From NCBI GenBank assembly GCA_018435125.1, contig JAHDNZ010000021.1:5539-69538 (forward strand): a stretch of 64,000 nt of DNA. Direction: 5' to 3'. The translations under genes and the position numbers were made by a program. The stretch's first letter is position 1; every line of letters starts with the position of its first letter. This stretch comes from Bacillota bacterium. GTDB taxonomy: Bacteria > Bacillota > DTU065. This document shows positions 37,729-48,646 of this stretch, piece after piece. The notes under the pieces were generated by a model. That model was not told the DNA's origin. It saw only the letters and a program-made list of their open reading frames with translations, and searched no databases.

Positions 37729-38230
37729 ATGAGGAATATCATCAGCAACAAAGCTGCAGACAGGATGGCTGGAAAATTATATCGGTCAAAATCAGCTGAC
37801 TTCAAGCGGAAGTTCAAGTAGGCGAGTGACGTTTGCAGCTATCTTGAAAGCAATTTTGATGATGAGCAGATAAAGCAAATCTGTATGGGTAGCTCCTGTA
37901 CCCCTCCGCCAAAATATATAGATGCTGTCAAGAAACTGTATCAAGATTCAGAAAGCCTTGACTAATTCTGTGAAATGTATAATACAGCATATTCGGGCAA
38001 ACACAGCATTTTGGTACGAGGGCGAGGTGATGTTCTTCTCGTATCCGTCTTGTTATTGTGATTGCGTTTAACGTATTGACGGTCAGGTTTCAAAAACATG
38101 GTGTCTTTGCTTACTCGGCTACACCAAAAAGCTGTTTGACACAGTGTTTGATTACAATACCGAAGTTGAGCTTATCGAAAGTCTCAAAACAGGCGGTAAC
38201 CGTTGTATTATGAAAATTACGAGGAAATAA
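37729..38230 (+). pseudogene. Cys-rich protein pseudogene (DUF6144-like?)
   Basis: AGGAGAG RBS and ATG, but an in-frame TAG at 37819, a later TAA and a frameshift. The end reads ...TWCLCLLGYTKKLFDTVFDYNTEVELIESLKTGGNRCIMKI. Confidence 0.45.
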
Positions 38231-38239
38231 TCACGCACT

Positions 38240-38536
38240 TTGGCAATGTACACCCCGGAGTTGCTCGAAAAGACTCTGAGGTCAAAGCGTAAAAGGTGCA
38301 TGATCGGCACAGGTTCTATGCGTGATCCTTATTGGCACTGTGAAAAAAAGTCCGGACTGATACGAAAATGCCTTGAAATCATAAATAGATATGGTTTCGG
38401 CGCGACAATGATCACTAAGTCAAACCGTTTTTTGTGTGATCTGGCACTAAGTCACAGCAAAGGAGACCACCCATTACAAGCAATTAAGCTTGAACATGAC
38501 TGGTCTCCTTTACACCGCTTGAGGGCTGTCATTTAA
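38240..38536 (+). pseudogene. radical-SAM protein fragment (internal piece only)
   Basis: ...RKRCMIGTGSMRDPYWHCEKKSGLIRKCLEIINRYGFGATMITKSNRFLCDL... resembles the middle of SPL/Rv2578c-like radical SAM proteins. It lacks the CxxxCxxC N-terminus. Confidence 0.4.
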
Positions 38537-38817
38537 AAAACTTACTTGTTATTATAAATCCCTAAGTTGCACTTTCAAATGGATGGCTTTTTTTAGATCT
38601 TCTGCACATGTAGTAAGGTTAATATCCCACAGCCAATCTTGAAAGAGACCCTATAACCAGTGGGTTTCTTCTTTTTTGGATTGCACGACTAAAGTAATAA
38701 AAACCAAGGAAGTGCGAAGCGTTAAGGACGGCAGGGTGAGAGAGGAAGGTATTAACTACTAAAAAGCTTCCTAACCAACCAGTGTACCAAAAGCTAATTA
38801 TTACAATTAAGAAACTA

Positions 38818-40026
38818 TTAAAAAGTCACCTCTAAGTTGCTTTGCCAGTTTTGGGCTTCTAAATAAAACTCAGCAACTTTCTCGGGTTTAATATTTAATA
38901 ACTCGCATTGTCTAAGGACATTTTCCCATTTTTCAGCCTCGTAGTTTTCAACGAGCATTAAAAGATCGAGTAATTGTGAAGGTTCTCTAAGATAGGCTTT
39001 TTTAATTGCCATCGAGACTGGAAGGCGATTAACTATCTGCTGGAAAGAGGTATTTAGTAGTCTATCTAGCAATGAAAAAAGTCCTAAAAAATAAAATTCG
39101 CTATGTGAAGAGGCTAGTTTGGCCTCTAAACCTAAAAGCTCAGTAAATCTACCGCGGATAACTGATCTCTTGCGCAGATTAAGAGACTGATTATCAGAAT
39201 CATAATTATTACACAGGTTAAACCAACATTTAGCTTCAGCATGACTAATTTGACTTAAGGCTTGTTTAATACTCAAAGAGAGTCGCGGAAGATGCTTTTT
39301 AGATTCAGAAAGTTTCAGTATTTTTAGGGTTAAGGCGATATCTTTTTTGATTATAGCTTCAAGTTTATCAATTTGATATTGCTTTTGCTTTAAAACCTTT
39401 TCAAAAGCTGCCAAAACTGATTTATCAGGTTTAAGATCAAAACTTGTAAGAATAACCGGTCGGCTTAAATAAAAGCCTTGAAATAAAGAAAATGCTTCAT
39501 TATATACTTCTTGAAACAGTTCTTTACTTTCAATTTTTTCGGCAAGTATAAGGGGTTTTGGCTCTTTTAACAGGCTATAAAAACTAGTAAAGTCTGGCAG
39601 GGGAGAGTTTAGACAATCAATCTTGATTATATCGGCTAACTCAAGAAGCGAAGTCTGTTTCGGATTATAGACAAAATCGTCTAAAGCAAAACGGTAGCCT
39701 TTCTTTTTTAACTTTTTGCATATAGCTATAAAATCATCGTCTAGCTGGCAATTTTCCAATAATTCTATGATGATTAATTCTGGAGGAAGATATTCGATAA
39801 TACCGCTTTTAATAATGTTGGGAGTAAAATTAATAAAAGCAAGCTTACCGTTTGTTAGATTTTCAAAACCCAGAGAAAGGTATGAATTAATAAGTAACAA
39901 ACCTGTAGCTTTATCAGGATTTTTTTCAGTGTAATAGTCTGAAAAAAAGGAGCGGTAAAGCAGTTCATATCCATAAATATTACCAAAACAGTCATAAATT
40001 GCTTGACGAGCAATAAATGTATCCAT
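38818..40026 (-). CDS. EAL domain plus HDOD domain signalling protein
   Basis: FIARQAIYD...YGYELLYRS N-terminus, ELLE, KIDC motifs, followed by an HDOD-like helical half. Confidence 0.75.
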   Translation of the reverse strand: MDTFIARQAIYDCFGNIYGYELLYRSFFSDYYTEKNPDKATGLLLINSYLSLGFENLTNGKLAFINFTPNIIKSGIIEYLPPELIIIELLENCQLDDDFIAICKKLKKKGYRFALDDFVYNPKQTSLLELADIIKIDCLNSPLPDFTSFYSLLKEPKPLILAEKIESKELFQEVYNEAFSLFQGFYLSRPVILTSFDLKPDKSVLAAFEKVLKQKQYQIDKLEAIIKKDIALTLKILKLSESKKHLPRLSLSIKQALSQISHAEAKCWFNLCNNYDSDNQSLNLRKRSVIRGRFTELLGLEAKLASSHSEFYFLGLFSLLDRLLNTSFQQIVNRLPVSMAIKKAYLREPSQLLDLLMLVENYEAEKWENVLRQCELLNIKPEKVAEFYLEAQNWQSNLEVTF

Positions 40027-40364
40027 AACTTTACCCTCCTCGAGATAGTCTATTAAGGATAAGCTTATACATTAATAGTAATAAACCTTTTTACACAAAG
40101 TAATTTTATATGAAAGTAACATCTGAAGAATTTAAAAAGACTTATTTTTAAAAAATCTAAGTCAAAAAAATATAGGACATTAAAAGCCTATCGTTAAGGA
40201 CGTTAGTACAATTTATTCCGGGATGCTAATATTATTTAGTTCAAGATCAGACAGAGGGTAGAGGATAAAAGTAGCTTTAATTCTTTTAATCAAGCCTAAA
40301 ATATAGTATAATTTAATTTTGAGACAGGTTCGTAGAACCTTTCAGGGAAGGAATTGGTGAAACA

Positions 40365-42197
40365 ATGAGTATCAGAGATATTAACAATCTCCGCAATGTA
40401 GCTATTATTGCACATGTTGACCATGGTAAAACTACTTTAGTCGATGGACTATTAAAGCAAGCTGGTACCTTTAGAAAAAATGAGATGGTAATGGATAGAG
40501 TTTTAGATTCAAATGTTCTAGAACGTGAGCGAGGTATTACCATCTTGTCAAAAAACACATCGGTATTTTATGAAGATCTAAAGATCAACATTGTTGATAC
40601 ACCAGGTCATGCTGATTTTGGTGGTGAAGTTGAACGTGTTTTACGTATGGTCGAGGGAGCTCTTTTATTAGTAGATGCTTTTGAAGGACCAATGGCACAA
40701 ACCAAGTTTGTTTTGAGAAAAGCTTTAGAAGCCAAGTTAAAGATAATTGTGGTAATCAATAAAATGGATAGACCAGATGCAAGACCTGCTGATGTTTTGG
40801 ACGAAGTTTTGGATCTTTTTATTGAATTAGAAGCATCAGATCAACAGTTGGATTTTCCTGTAATATACACTTCAGCCAGAGAAGGACGCTCTAGTTTAGC
40901 ACCTGATTCACCAGGTGAAGATATGCGTCCCCTCTTGGAAATGATTAATAAAGAAATACCTGCACCAAGTGGAGATATTGAAGCACCTTTACAGTTTCAA
41001 ATAACTACTCTTGATTACGACGATTATGTTGGACGTATTGGTATTGGCAGAATCCAAAATGGTATTCTTAAAGCCGGACAGACTATTGGTCTATTTAAAC
41101 GGGATGGATCCCTGGAGACGACTCGTATCGGTAAGCTCTGGACCTATGAAGGGCTTAGAAAAGTGGAGATGGATGAAGTTGGCCCCGGGGATATTATCGC
41201 TCTTTCGGGTCTTGGTAGTGTAGAAATAGGTGAGACTGTCACCGAAGTTGATAATCCAAAACCCCTCCCACTTTTAAGAATTGATGAACCAACTATGAGT
41301 ATGACCTTTACAGTCAACGATAGTCCGTTTGCCGGGCGTGAAGGGAAATATGTTACCTCAAGACACTTAAGAGAACGCCTTTATAAAGAAGCCGAAACCA
41401 ATGTCAGTCTCAAAGTAGAGGATACAGATTCGGCTGATTCATTTAAAGTTTCAGGCCGTGGTGAATTACACCTAGGTATTTTAATTGAAACAATGAGACG
41501 AGAAGGATATGAACTAGCAGTTTCAAAACCAAAACCTATCTTAAAAGAGATAAACGGTCAAAGATACGAACCTTTTGAAAGACTTTTTATTAATCTACCT
41601 GAAGTTTATGCAGGGAAGGTTATAGAGAATTTAGGTACTCGTAAGGCGGAGATGCTGACTATGCAGCCAGCTGGCATTACTAATGTACGGTTAGAGTTTC
41701 TAATTCCTGCCAGAGGGTTAATTGGATTTAGGACTGAATTTCTTACTCTGACCAAAGGCGAAGGAATCATGCATCATATGTTTGAAGAGTATGGTCCTTA
41801 TAAAGGCGAAATTAACCAAAGAACATCCGGTGCGCTCATTGCTTTTGAAACAGGAGAAGCAACAGGATATGCATTAGATGCAATTCAAGATCGTGGTGAG
41901 CTTTTTGTTGAACCGGGTACTAAGGTATATGCCGGAATGATTGTGGGAGAACACAATAAAGATAGTGATATCGATATCAATGTCTGTAAAAAGAAACATT
42001 TAACTAATATGAGAGCTGCGGGATCAGATGATGCTATAAAGTTGTCTCCTCCCAGGTTATTTAGCCTAGAACAGGCTATGGAATATATCGAAGATGATGA
42101 ACTCGTTGAAGTAACGCCTCAGTCATTACGTATGCGTAAAAAGCTACTCGATCGACAGCAAAGAGCTAAATCTTTAAAGAAACCACTTGACGAATAA
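40365..42197 (+). CDS. typA: translational GTPase TypA/BipA
   Basis: [37 protein letters not shown]. 610 aa, collinear with BipA. Confidence 0.95.
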   Translation: MSIRDINNLRNVAIIAHVDHGKTTLVDGLLKQAGTFRKNEMVMDRVLDSNVLERERGITILSKNTSVFYEDLKINIVDTPGHADFGGEVERVLRMVEGALLLVDAFEGPMAQTKFVLRKALEAKLKIIVVINKMDRPDARPADVLDEVLDLFIELEASDQQLDFPVIYTSAREGRSSLAPDSPGEDMRPLLEMINKEIPAPSGDIEAPLQFQITTLDYDDYVGRIGIGRIQNGILKAGQTIGLFKRDGSLETTRIGKLWTYEGLRKVEMDEVGPGDIIALSGLGSVEIGETVTEVDNPKPLPLLRIDEPTMSMTFTVNDSPFAGREGKYVTSRHLRERLYKEAETNVSLKVEDTDSADSFKVSGRGELHLGILIETMRREGYELAVSKPKPILKEINGQRYEPFERLFINLPEVYAGKVIENLGTRKAEMLTMQPAGITNVRLEFLIPARGLIGFRTEFLTLTKGEGIMHHMFEEYGPYKGEINQRTSGALIAFETGEATGYALDAIQDRGELFVEPGTKVYAGMIVGEHNKDSDIDINVCKKKHLTNMRAAGSDDAIKLSPPRLFSLEQAMEYIEDDELVEVTPQSLRMRKKLLDRQQRAKSLKKPLDE

Positions 42198-42272
42198 AGC
42201 CTGAATAAGCAGGACCATCTAAGGTTAACCTACTTTTGACTGCGTATTGATTTAGTCAAGGAGGTTAATTTA

Positions 42273-42752
42273 ATGAGCAATGTAATTGGAACTTATGCAG
42301 ATCGTTTTCAGGCAGAAAGAGCAATAGATGAACTAAAACAAATTGGCTTTTCGGATCAGGAAGTATCTCTGATTGCAAAAGAGGAAAAAGCACGTGCAGA
42401 AGATGGTGAAAATGCAGGCGAAGACTCCATGGGTATTTCCGGAGGGGTTATGACCGGAGGTGCTATCGGCGGAATGGCCGGTCTTTTGGCTGGAGCGGGA
42501 CTTTTGGCTATACCGGGAATCGGTCCAATTGTAGCTTTAGGTCCTCTGGCAGCTACACTTGGTGGGGCAGCAACTGGAGGAGTAGCAGGCGGCCTTGTAG
42601 ATCTTGGCATTCCTCAAGAAAGAGGTTCCTACTATGAAAATGAAGTTAAAAGCGGCCGCTTTCTAGCAGTTGTTCAAACAGATGAAGAACGTGCTTCACA
42701 AGCAGCAGATAGCATGAGAAAAACGGGAGCAAACGATGTCGAGGTGCATTAA
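42273..42752 (+). CDS. general stress protein 17M (YflT)-like protein with Gly-rich membrane segment
   Basis: VIGTYADRFQAERAIDELKQIGFSDQEVSLIAK N-domain and a GGxxGG-rich hydrophobic core. Confidence 0.65.
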   Translation: MSNVIGTYADRFQAERAIDELKQIGFSDQEVSLIAKEEKARAEDGENAGEDSMGISGGVMTGGAIGGMAGLLAGAGLLAIPGIGPIVALGPLAATLGGAATGGVAGGLVDLGIPQERGSYYENEVKSGRFLAVVQTDEERASQAADSMRKTGANDVEVH

Positions 42753-42776
42753 AACCGGGATAACCCCGGTTTTTTT
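42751..42776 (+). terminator. rho-independent terminator
   Basis: AAAACCGGG-ATAAC-CCCGGTTTTTTT. Confidence 0.85.
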
Positions 42777-43152
42777 GTGGGTTTTTATAAGTAAAACATA
42801 AAGGACTTTAAGCCAACAAAAATAAAGAGATAAGTAGAAGCAATATTTAAGAAGGTAAAAACCCTAAATAAAAAAGCCAGAGAGTACTATAAGATAACTA
42901 AAGGTTAAAGATGAAATATATATGACCAACTAGTCACATATACACTAGCTATATTATTTAGACCATGCTTTATATATAAACAATTCATTGTAACCTATGT
43001 AAAATTATTAAAAGCAGCTATCGGCTAAAAACATTAAAAATAGCATGGCTAAGTAATTGTTTTTGCATATTATTCAGTTATTAGTGTCAAGACAATTAGC
43101 CGAGTATTTGTTATATTGGAAGTAATGGAGAGAATTCAAGGGGGTGAAAAGG

Positions 43153-44076
43153 TTGTACGATCCGTGTGCAAGAATTAGTGTAGTCAAAGACACAAAAACT
43201 CAAAACCCTGTAGAGAGTGCTAGAGCGTTAAGGCCAATAGGAAAAGAACCGTTTTTACTACCAGAGGAGTTTCCCTTTGGCATTGCCCATTTTTATTATA
43301 CTTCGTATTACCAGATGCAACCCCATAAACATTCAGAACTCGAGATAATATATAGTGTTAGTGGTCGAGGTTATCTGTTTGCAGAAAATGAAATTTTACT
43401 CTTAAAACCAGGTGATATTGCCATTACCAATAGTGAAGAAGTTCATAAAGTGATGCCCGATCCTAAACAGCCCGGTTCACTTATTGTGATAATGTTTAAA
43501 ACTAAGATTCTGGAATATTTAGACAACAATCAGGAACTTTGTGCTATCTTTTATAATAAAGATCTTAAGCGTAGGCTAAAATTAGAAGCTGAAGAAAAAG
43601 AGATAGTCACAGCAATTCTAGATGATCTACTTTTAGAGTATGAACAGGAGAACTTATTTTATAAAGAAAAGATAACTGCGCGGTTAACAGAACTTTTAGT
43701 TATACTGCATCGGCTTTATCGCATGCAAAGAAGAGAAGAACAAGCAGATGATGGTATCGGAGAAAGAGTTAATGAGGTTATTGAGTATATTGAAAGCAAT
43801 CTGCAGGAAAAGATTATGGTAAAAGATATAGCTGAGCACATTCATCTTAGCGCTTCCCATTTAAGTTCGCTTTTTAAGCAAAAAACCGGTCTGACAATTT
43901 ACAATTTTATTATTTCCAAACGTTTAATATTAGCTCGAAAACTACTGGTGGAGACAGATAAACCAGTAGATCTAATTGCTGAGGAATGTGGGTTTAATGA
44001 TGTCTCGAGCTTTATCCGCTGTTTTAGAGAACGTGTTGGTACAACACCAGGCCAGTATCGACGCGCTTCTAGATAA
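43153..44076 (+). CDS. AraC-family transcriptional regulator (cupin N-domain)
   Basis: C-terminal double HTH (...IAEHIHLSASHLSSLFKQKTG..., ...IAEECGFNDVSSFIRCFRERVGTTPGQYR). The TTG at 43153 has better RBS spacing than the GTG at 43144. Confidence 0.85.
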   Translation: MYDPCARISVVKDTKTQNPVESARALRPIGKEPFLLPEEFPFGIAHFYYTSYYQMQPHKHSELEIIYSVSGRGYLFAENEILLLKPGDIAITNSEEVHKVMPDPKQPGSLIVIMFKTKILEYLDNNQELCAIFYNKDLKRRLKLEAEEKEIVTAILDDLLLEYEQENLFYKEKITARLTELLVILHRLYRMQRREEQADDGIGERVNEVIEYIESNLQEKIMVKDIAEHIHLSASHLSSLFKQKTGLTIYNFIISKRLILARKLLVETDKPVDLIAEECGFNDVSSFIRCFRERVGTTPGQYRRASR

Positions 44077-44113
44077 TAACTAATATAATCTATTTGAGGA
44101 GGATGATCTAACT

Positions 44114-45436
44114 ATGGCCAAAGTTGCTTTAATCGGTGCAGGAAGTGTAGTTTTTTCAAAACAGTTAACCTGGGATATTCTCGCCTATCCAGAACTAAGA
44201 GATTCAACAATTGCGCTACATGATATTGATCCCGACAGACTAAAAACAGCTGAACTGATTGCTACTCAATTAATAGAAAAAATGGGCAGTCACGCTAACA
44301 TGTATGCTACCTTAAACCGAAAAGAAGCCTTAAAAGATGCAGATTTTGTTATCGTTATGGTGCAGGTAGGCATGTTTGAAGCTACTAAGATAGACTTTAA
44401 TATACCGAGAAAATATGGACTCAAGCAAACAATCGCTGATAGCTACGATGTGGGTGGAATCTTCAGGTTTTTGAGATCTTTCCCATTTTATAAAGGTTTG
44501 GTTGAAGATATGGCCGAGGTATGTCCAGATGCCTACCTCCTAAACTATACTAATCCTATGGCCATGAATATGCTTTCAATCTTTAAGATGGCACCACAGA
44601 TTAAAGCAGTTGGCCTTTGCCATAGTGTGCAAGGAACAGCAGGAGTATTGGCCAATAATTTAGATATACCTTTTGAGGAATTAGAATACAGGGTAGCTGG
44701 TATTAACCATCAGGCTTTCTTTTTAAATCTAAAGCACAAAGGTCAAGATCTCTATCCTAAATTAAGCGAACTAGTAAGTGATCCGGAAAAAATTAAGAGT
44801 AACGAAAATAAGTATAATTGGATGACAAAGTGGGATGCGGTAAGAGTAGAGCTCTTTAAGAGACTTGGTTATTATATTACGGAATCTAGTGAGCATAACT
44901 CCGAGTATTGCCAGTATTTTATTCAACATGACCAATATATTGAAAAATATCATATTCCTATCGATGAATATATTCGCCGCTGTGAAATAATCCTAGCTGA
45001 ATATGAACGTATCCGTAAAGTGGTGCATGAAGGTGGAGATATCGACGCCCATTTAAGCCATGAGTATGCAGGTTCAATTGTTTACTCTCTTTATACTGGC
45101 AAAACCTTTGCCTTTAATGGTAACGTTTTAAATACTAATTTGATAACCAACCTACCTCAAAACATGTGTGTTGAAGTGCCTTGTCTTGTAGATCGTAATG
45201 GTATTCAACCTACTTACATTGGTGATTTACCATTGCAATGTGCAGCTCTTAACAGACCTTTGGTATCTAGTGCTCAACTGGCTGTGGAAGCTGCTCTAAC
45301 AGGTAAAAAAGATTATGTCTATCAAGCAGTGATGATGGCACCACATTCATCATCAATTTTAACTTTGGATCAAATCTGGTCAATGTGTGATGATCTAATC
45401 GAAGCTCATGGTGCTGCTCTACCCAAACTATCATAA
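44114..45436 (+). CDS. GH4-family NAD-dependent alpha-glucosidase/alpha-galactosidase
   Basis: MAKVALIGAGSVVFS Rossmann start, NYTNPMAM, GLCHSVQG motifs of GH4. Confidence 0.85.
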   Translation: MAKVALIGAGSVVFSKQLTWDILAYPELRDSTIALHDIDPDRLKTAELIATQLIEKMGSHANMYATLNRKEALKDADFVIVMVQVGMFEATKIDFNIPRKYGLKQTIADSYDVGGIFRFLRSFPFYKGLVEDMAEVCPDAYLLNYTNPMAMNMLSIFKMAPQIKAVGLCHSVQGTAGVLANNLDIPFEELEYRVAGINHQAFFLNLKHKGQDLYPKLSELVSDPEKIKSNENKYNWMTKWDAVRVELFKRLGYYITESSEHNSEYCQYFIQHDQYIEKYHIPIDEYIRRCEIILAEYERIRKVVHEGGDIDAHLSHEYAGSIVYSLYTGKTFAFNGNVLNTNLITNLPQNMCVEVPCLVDRNGIQPTYIGDLPLQCAALNRPLVSSAQLAVEAALTGKKDYVYQAVMMAPHSSSILTLDQIWSMCDDLIEAHGAALPKLS

Positions 45437-45450
45437 GGGGTTGAATTGGA

Positions 45451-46524
45451 GTGAGCTTTAATCAAAGTGGGCTAATGCAAAATCTGTTTTTAAAAACAGA
45501 ACTGGTAAGTCGCTCAATTAGCGCGGAAAATCCAACCGGAGAAAAAGGTATGGGTGCAAGAGCATCGGAAGGAAATGCTAGCCAGGCAGCCAGAGATTTG
45601 GGTTTGGGTTGGAAAGTTAATCCTTATTTAATCTTAAAACCACAAGAAGAGACTATTCTGGCTGAGATAGATGGACCGGGTATCATTGAACAGATGTGGA
45701 TGACCCCACAAGGACCTTGGCGTAACCTAATTATACGCATTTATTGGGATGGGCAAGATAACCCTTCGGTAGAGTGCCCTTTTGGTGATTTTTATGCCTT
45801 GGGTTTTGGAAAATTCCGTCAGATAACCTCTCTTCCTGTTTGTGTTAATCCCGGCAGTGCATTTAACAGCTACTGGCCAATGCCCTTTCAAAGACATTGT
45901 AAAATAACTATTACTAGCTTGAATGATCAAAATGTACTTTTTTACTACCAGATTAACTATGCTCTAGGTGAGATTCCCGCTAATTCTCTTTATTTCCATG
46001 CTCAGTTTCGCAGAGTAAATCCACTGCCTTACAAAGAAGTTTACACCATTGTTTCTGACATTAAAGGTAAAGGTCAGTATGTAGGAACCGCTATGAGCTG
46101 GGGGGTTAACAACTCCGGTTGGTGGGGTGAAGGTGAAATCAAGTTCTATCTTGACGGAGATAAGGATTTTCCAACCATTTGCGGTACCGGTACCGAAGAT
46201 TATTTTTGTGGTTCCTATAATTTTGAAAATCAGGAAACCAAGCAATATCAGGAGTTTACAACTCCCTATGCGGGCTTTTATATCTTAAAGCCAGACGGAG
46301 TGTATCAATCTCAAACCCGTTTTAACCTCTATCGTTGGCATATTACCGATCCCATTCGCTTTGAAAAAGATCTCGCAGTAACTATTCAAGCTTTAGGTTG
46401 GAGATCGGGGGGAAGGTATCTACCGCTTCAAGATGATATAGCTTCGGTAGCCTATTGGTATCAGACCTTACCAACAGCTCCCTTTCCCAAACTACCTGAA
46501 AAAGATCTTCTAGAAATAATATAA
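45451..46524 (+). CDS. DUF2961 / GH172-family protein
   Basis: ...ISAENPTGEKG..., GPGIIEQMWMT, YWPMPF, GTGTEDYF, RWHI.DPI.F motifs typical of DUF2961. Confidence 0.75.
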   Translation: MSFNQSGLMQNLFLKTELVSRSISAENPTGEKGMGARASEGNASQAARDLGLGWKVNPYLILKPQEETILAEIDGPGIIEQMWMTPQGPWRNLIIRIYWDGQDNPSVECPFGDFYALGFGKFRQITSLPVCVNPGSAFNSYWPMPFQRHCKITITSLNDQNVLFYYQINYALGEIPANSLYFHAQFRRVNPLPYKEVYTIVSDIKGKGQYVGTAMSWGVNNSGWWGEGEIKFYLDGDKDFPTICGTGTEDYFCGSYNFENQETKQYQEFTTPYAGFYILKPDGVYQSQTRFNLYRWHITDPIRFEKDLAVTIQALGWRSGGRYLPLQDDIASVAYWYQTLPTAPFPKLPEKDLLEII

Positions 46525-46553
46525 AAAAAAGGTGCTTTCAAAGCACCTTTTTT
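46523..46553. terminator. bidirectional rho-independent terminator
   Basis: AAAAAAAAGGTGCTTT-C-AAAGCACCTTTTTT. Confidence 0.85.
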
Positions 46554-46606
46554 GCTTAGAAGAATTCAAGTAAAAATCGCAGGTTATTGTGATGCAAAGA
46601 ACTAAC

Positions 46607-48505
46607 CTAATTAGGCTTAATATTATATAGATCCCAACCTTTTGCATAATAGATAGAGTCATCATTGCCTAAGGCAAAAAGATCGGTTCGGGCTAGGGTT
46701 TTATATTCCAAGGTATCAGGGTCTATTACTGTAAGATACCCGCCCAGACTAGAATACAAAAGACCATTACCGCCAAGATGGGTAAAAATTGGTCTCCAGA
46801 CACCATAACTTTCGACTTGGGGATAGATATTCCGATATTTAACTGTTTTGCCTCTTACCGGATCATAAGCAAAGATATAACCGTTAAAAGCACCAAAGAC
46901 TAGACCGTTAACCAGACAAAAACCACTAATCATTGGAGCGTTCTTAGCTGTGTTAAGGGGAAGAAATGCCTCTTTCAATTGCTCTTTTTCTATATCCCAG
47001 GCAAACATTAAAGCATGTTTTTGTGACGGTTTAATACCTAGTCCACCATAGATTGTTGTACCACCATAGAGGATACCTTCGTGATATAAAAGAGCAGCTA
47101 TGCTCTGGTCTTCTATTATGGGAGAGAAGGTGGTACCATTTTCTAGTTTAGGATTAAAGATTGAAATTCCTCCTCCTAAACGACCATAATCGGGTATAGT
47201 TCCGATATAGACAAGTCCATTGCCACTTGTTATAACAAAAGGTCGGTCCTGGTTTTTACCAAGCTGCCAGACTTGTTTGGGAGAAGTGGATTTATCTAGT
47301 GGCTTATTAGTATCTAGCTTATAGAGACGAGCATGGGGGTAGATACCAAAATAGATATCCTGATCTAAATTGCCCATGCCTTCGGCCTGTTCTAAGGGGA
47401 AACGTTCAATTTTGTTGGTTTTAGGATTATATTTGGCTCCAATACCTCCGGGATAAGCTGAAAAATAAAGGTTAGCATCCGGGCCTTTATGCAGGCATTG
47501 AATTTGAGTAGCCTGACCTTCTGCTGGGGAGGTATCTGTTTTGGAAAGACCATTTTCAAGATTATAATCGAGGATTGAACCGTTAAAAAAGACGGAGTAA
47601 AGATGATTGTTAACAAGCCCACCACCTTTAAAACCGCTGTTAAAGGAGGGGTTTAGAAGCTCCGGTTGACCTTTTTCAGCTAAAAAGCGATAAAGCCCGG
47701 TTTTGGTAGTATATAAAACGGCACCCTGATTTTCTTTTACCATCATGCCTTTATAGTCGGAGGTTAAATGCTGCCAAAGACCAGTTTTAGTATTGTAAGC
47801 TAGCAGATCACTTTTTTCGGTGTTAAAAAAAGCTAATATATAAGGATCTGAAGCTGCCAGTTCATAACAAAAAGGCAGTCTGTTTTCATTAAGACCAAGT
47901 AAAGCAGGGACACCTTCTGCCAAGCAAGTCTTAAGCCCTGTTTTTTGATAAGAATGCGGATCTATTCTTACTAAGCAGCCTTGAGGACCGACACCGGCAT
48001 ACAAAAAACCATTTAAGTAGGTAAGTGAGCGCAGATAATTTTGTCCGGGAACAATAGTGCCAAGATCGGTAAAGTTTTGTGAAAAGGTATCATAAGAGAT
48101 AATTTTACCGTTTGGCCAAGTGCCTATATAAATAAAGCGTTCGTTATCGGTAGTTAAAGACCAAAGAAACTTCTCGCCATGAGCTACAGTACCAATATCT
48201 TTTAATTCCAGGGTATCAAGGTTAAGCAAATACAAGTGTCCATAGCAGTTAACATCACCTGTACCGGCAATATAGAGGGCATTTTTAAAAAGAATAAGCT
48301 GCCAGGAGCTTTCAACCCCAAGGAGAGGCTGTTGAAAAATTACCTTTTTGGTTTGCAGATCGATTAGATTAACGATAGCTGGATGCCCATTAACAACATG
48401 ACATAATAAGTCTTGCTGTAAATAGTTAAAAGCCAAAGAATGAAAGGTACAAACCTGTTTAATGGGAATACCTACTTTTTCGGGCTTACTAAAATCTAAA
48501 TTCAT
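46607..48505 (-). CDS. cytoplasmic beta-propeller-like repeat protein, unknown function
   Basis: 632 aa with no signal peptide. Recurrent blade-like motifs (LYIAGTG, IYIGTWP, LYAGVGP, VYIGTIP, LYGGTT). Confidence 0.5.
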   Translation of the reverse strand: MNLDFSKPEKVGIPIKQVCTFHSLAFNYLQQDLLCHVVNGHPAIVNLIDLQTKKVIFQQPLLGVESSWQLILFKNALYIAGTGDVNCYGHLYLLNLDTLELKDIGTVAHGEKFLWSLTTDNERFIYIGTWPNGKIISYDTFSQNFTDLGTIVPGQNYLRSLTYLNGFLYAGVGPQGCLVRIDPHSYQKTGLKTCLAEGVPALLGLNENRLPFCYELAASDPYILAFFNTEKSDLLAYNTKTGLWQHLTSDYKGMMVKENQGAVLYTTKTGLYRFLAEKGQPELLNPSFNSGFKGGGLVNNHLYSVFFNGSILDYNLENGLSKTDTSPAEGQATQIQCLHKGPDANLYFSAYPGGIGAKYNPKTNKIERFPLEQAEGMGNLDQDIYFGIYPHARLYKLDTNKPLDKSTSPKQVWQLGKNQDRPFVITSGNGLVYIGTIPDYGRLGGGISIFNPKLENGTTFSPIIEDQSIAALLYHEGILYGGTTIYGGLGIKPSQKHALMFAWDIEKEQLKEAFLPLNTAKNAPMISGFCLVNGLVFGAFNGYIFAYDPVRGKTVKYRNIYPQVESYGVWRPIFTHLGGNGLLYSSLGGYLTVIDPDTLEYKTLARTDLFALGNDDSIYYAKGWDLYNIKPN

Positions 48506-48646
48506 TGTAATGCTCCTTTCAGCTTGACAGATAAAAAATGGATACTAAAAACCTAAAGGCAGGAAGTAAGTTGCCGATGGCAAAAGTAGACAGTGGTGTT
48601 AAAAGTATCCAAAGTATTAAATAAAGGGCATTTATTAGCCGAGGCG

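Noticed and set aside
42356-42610. 84-aa Pro/Ala-rich minus-strand ORF
   Set aside because: It is a mirror image of the Gly-rich segment of the YflT-like gene, which is a classic antisense artefact.
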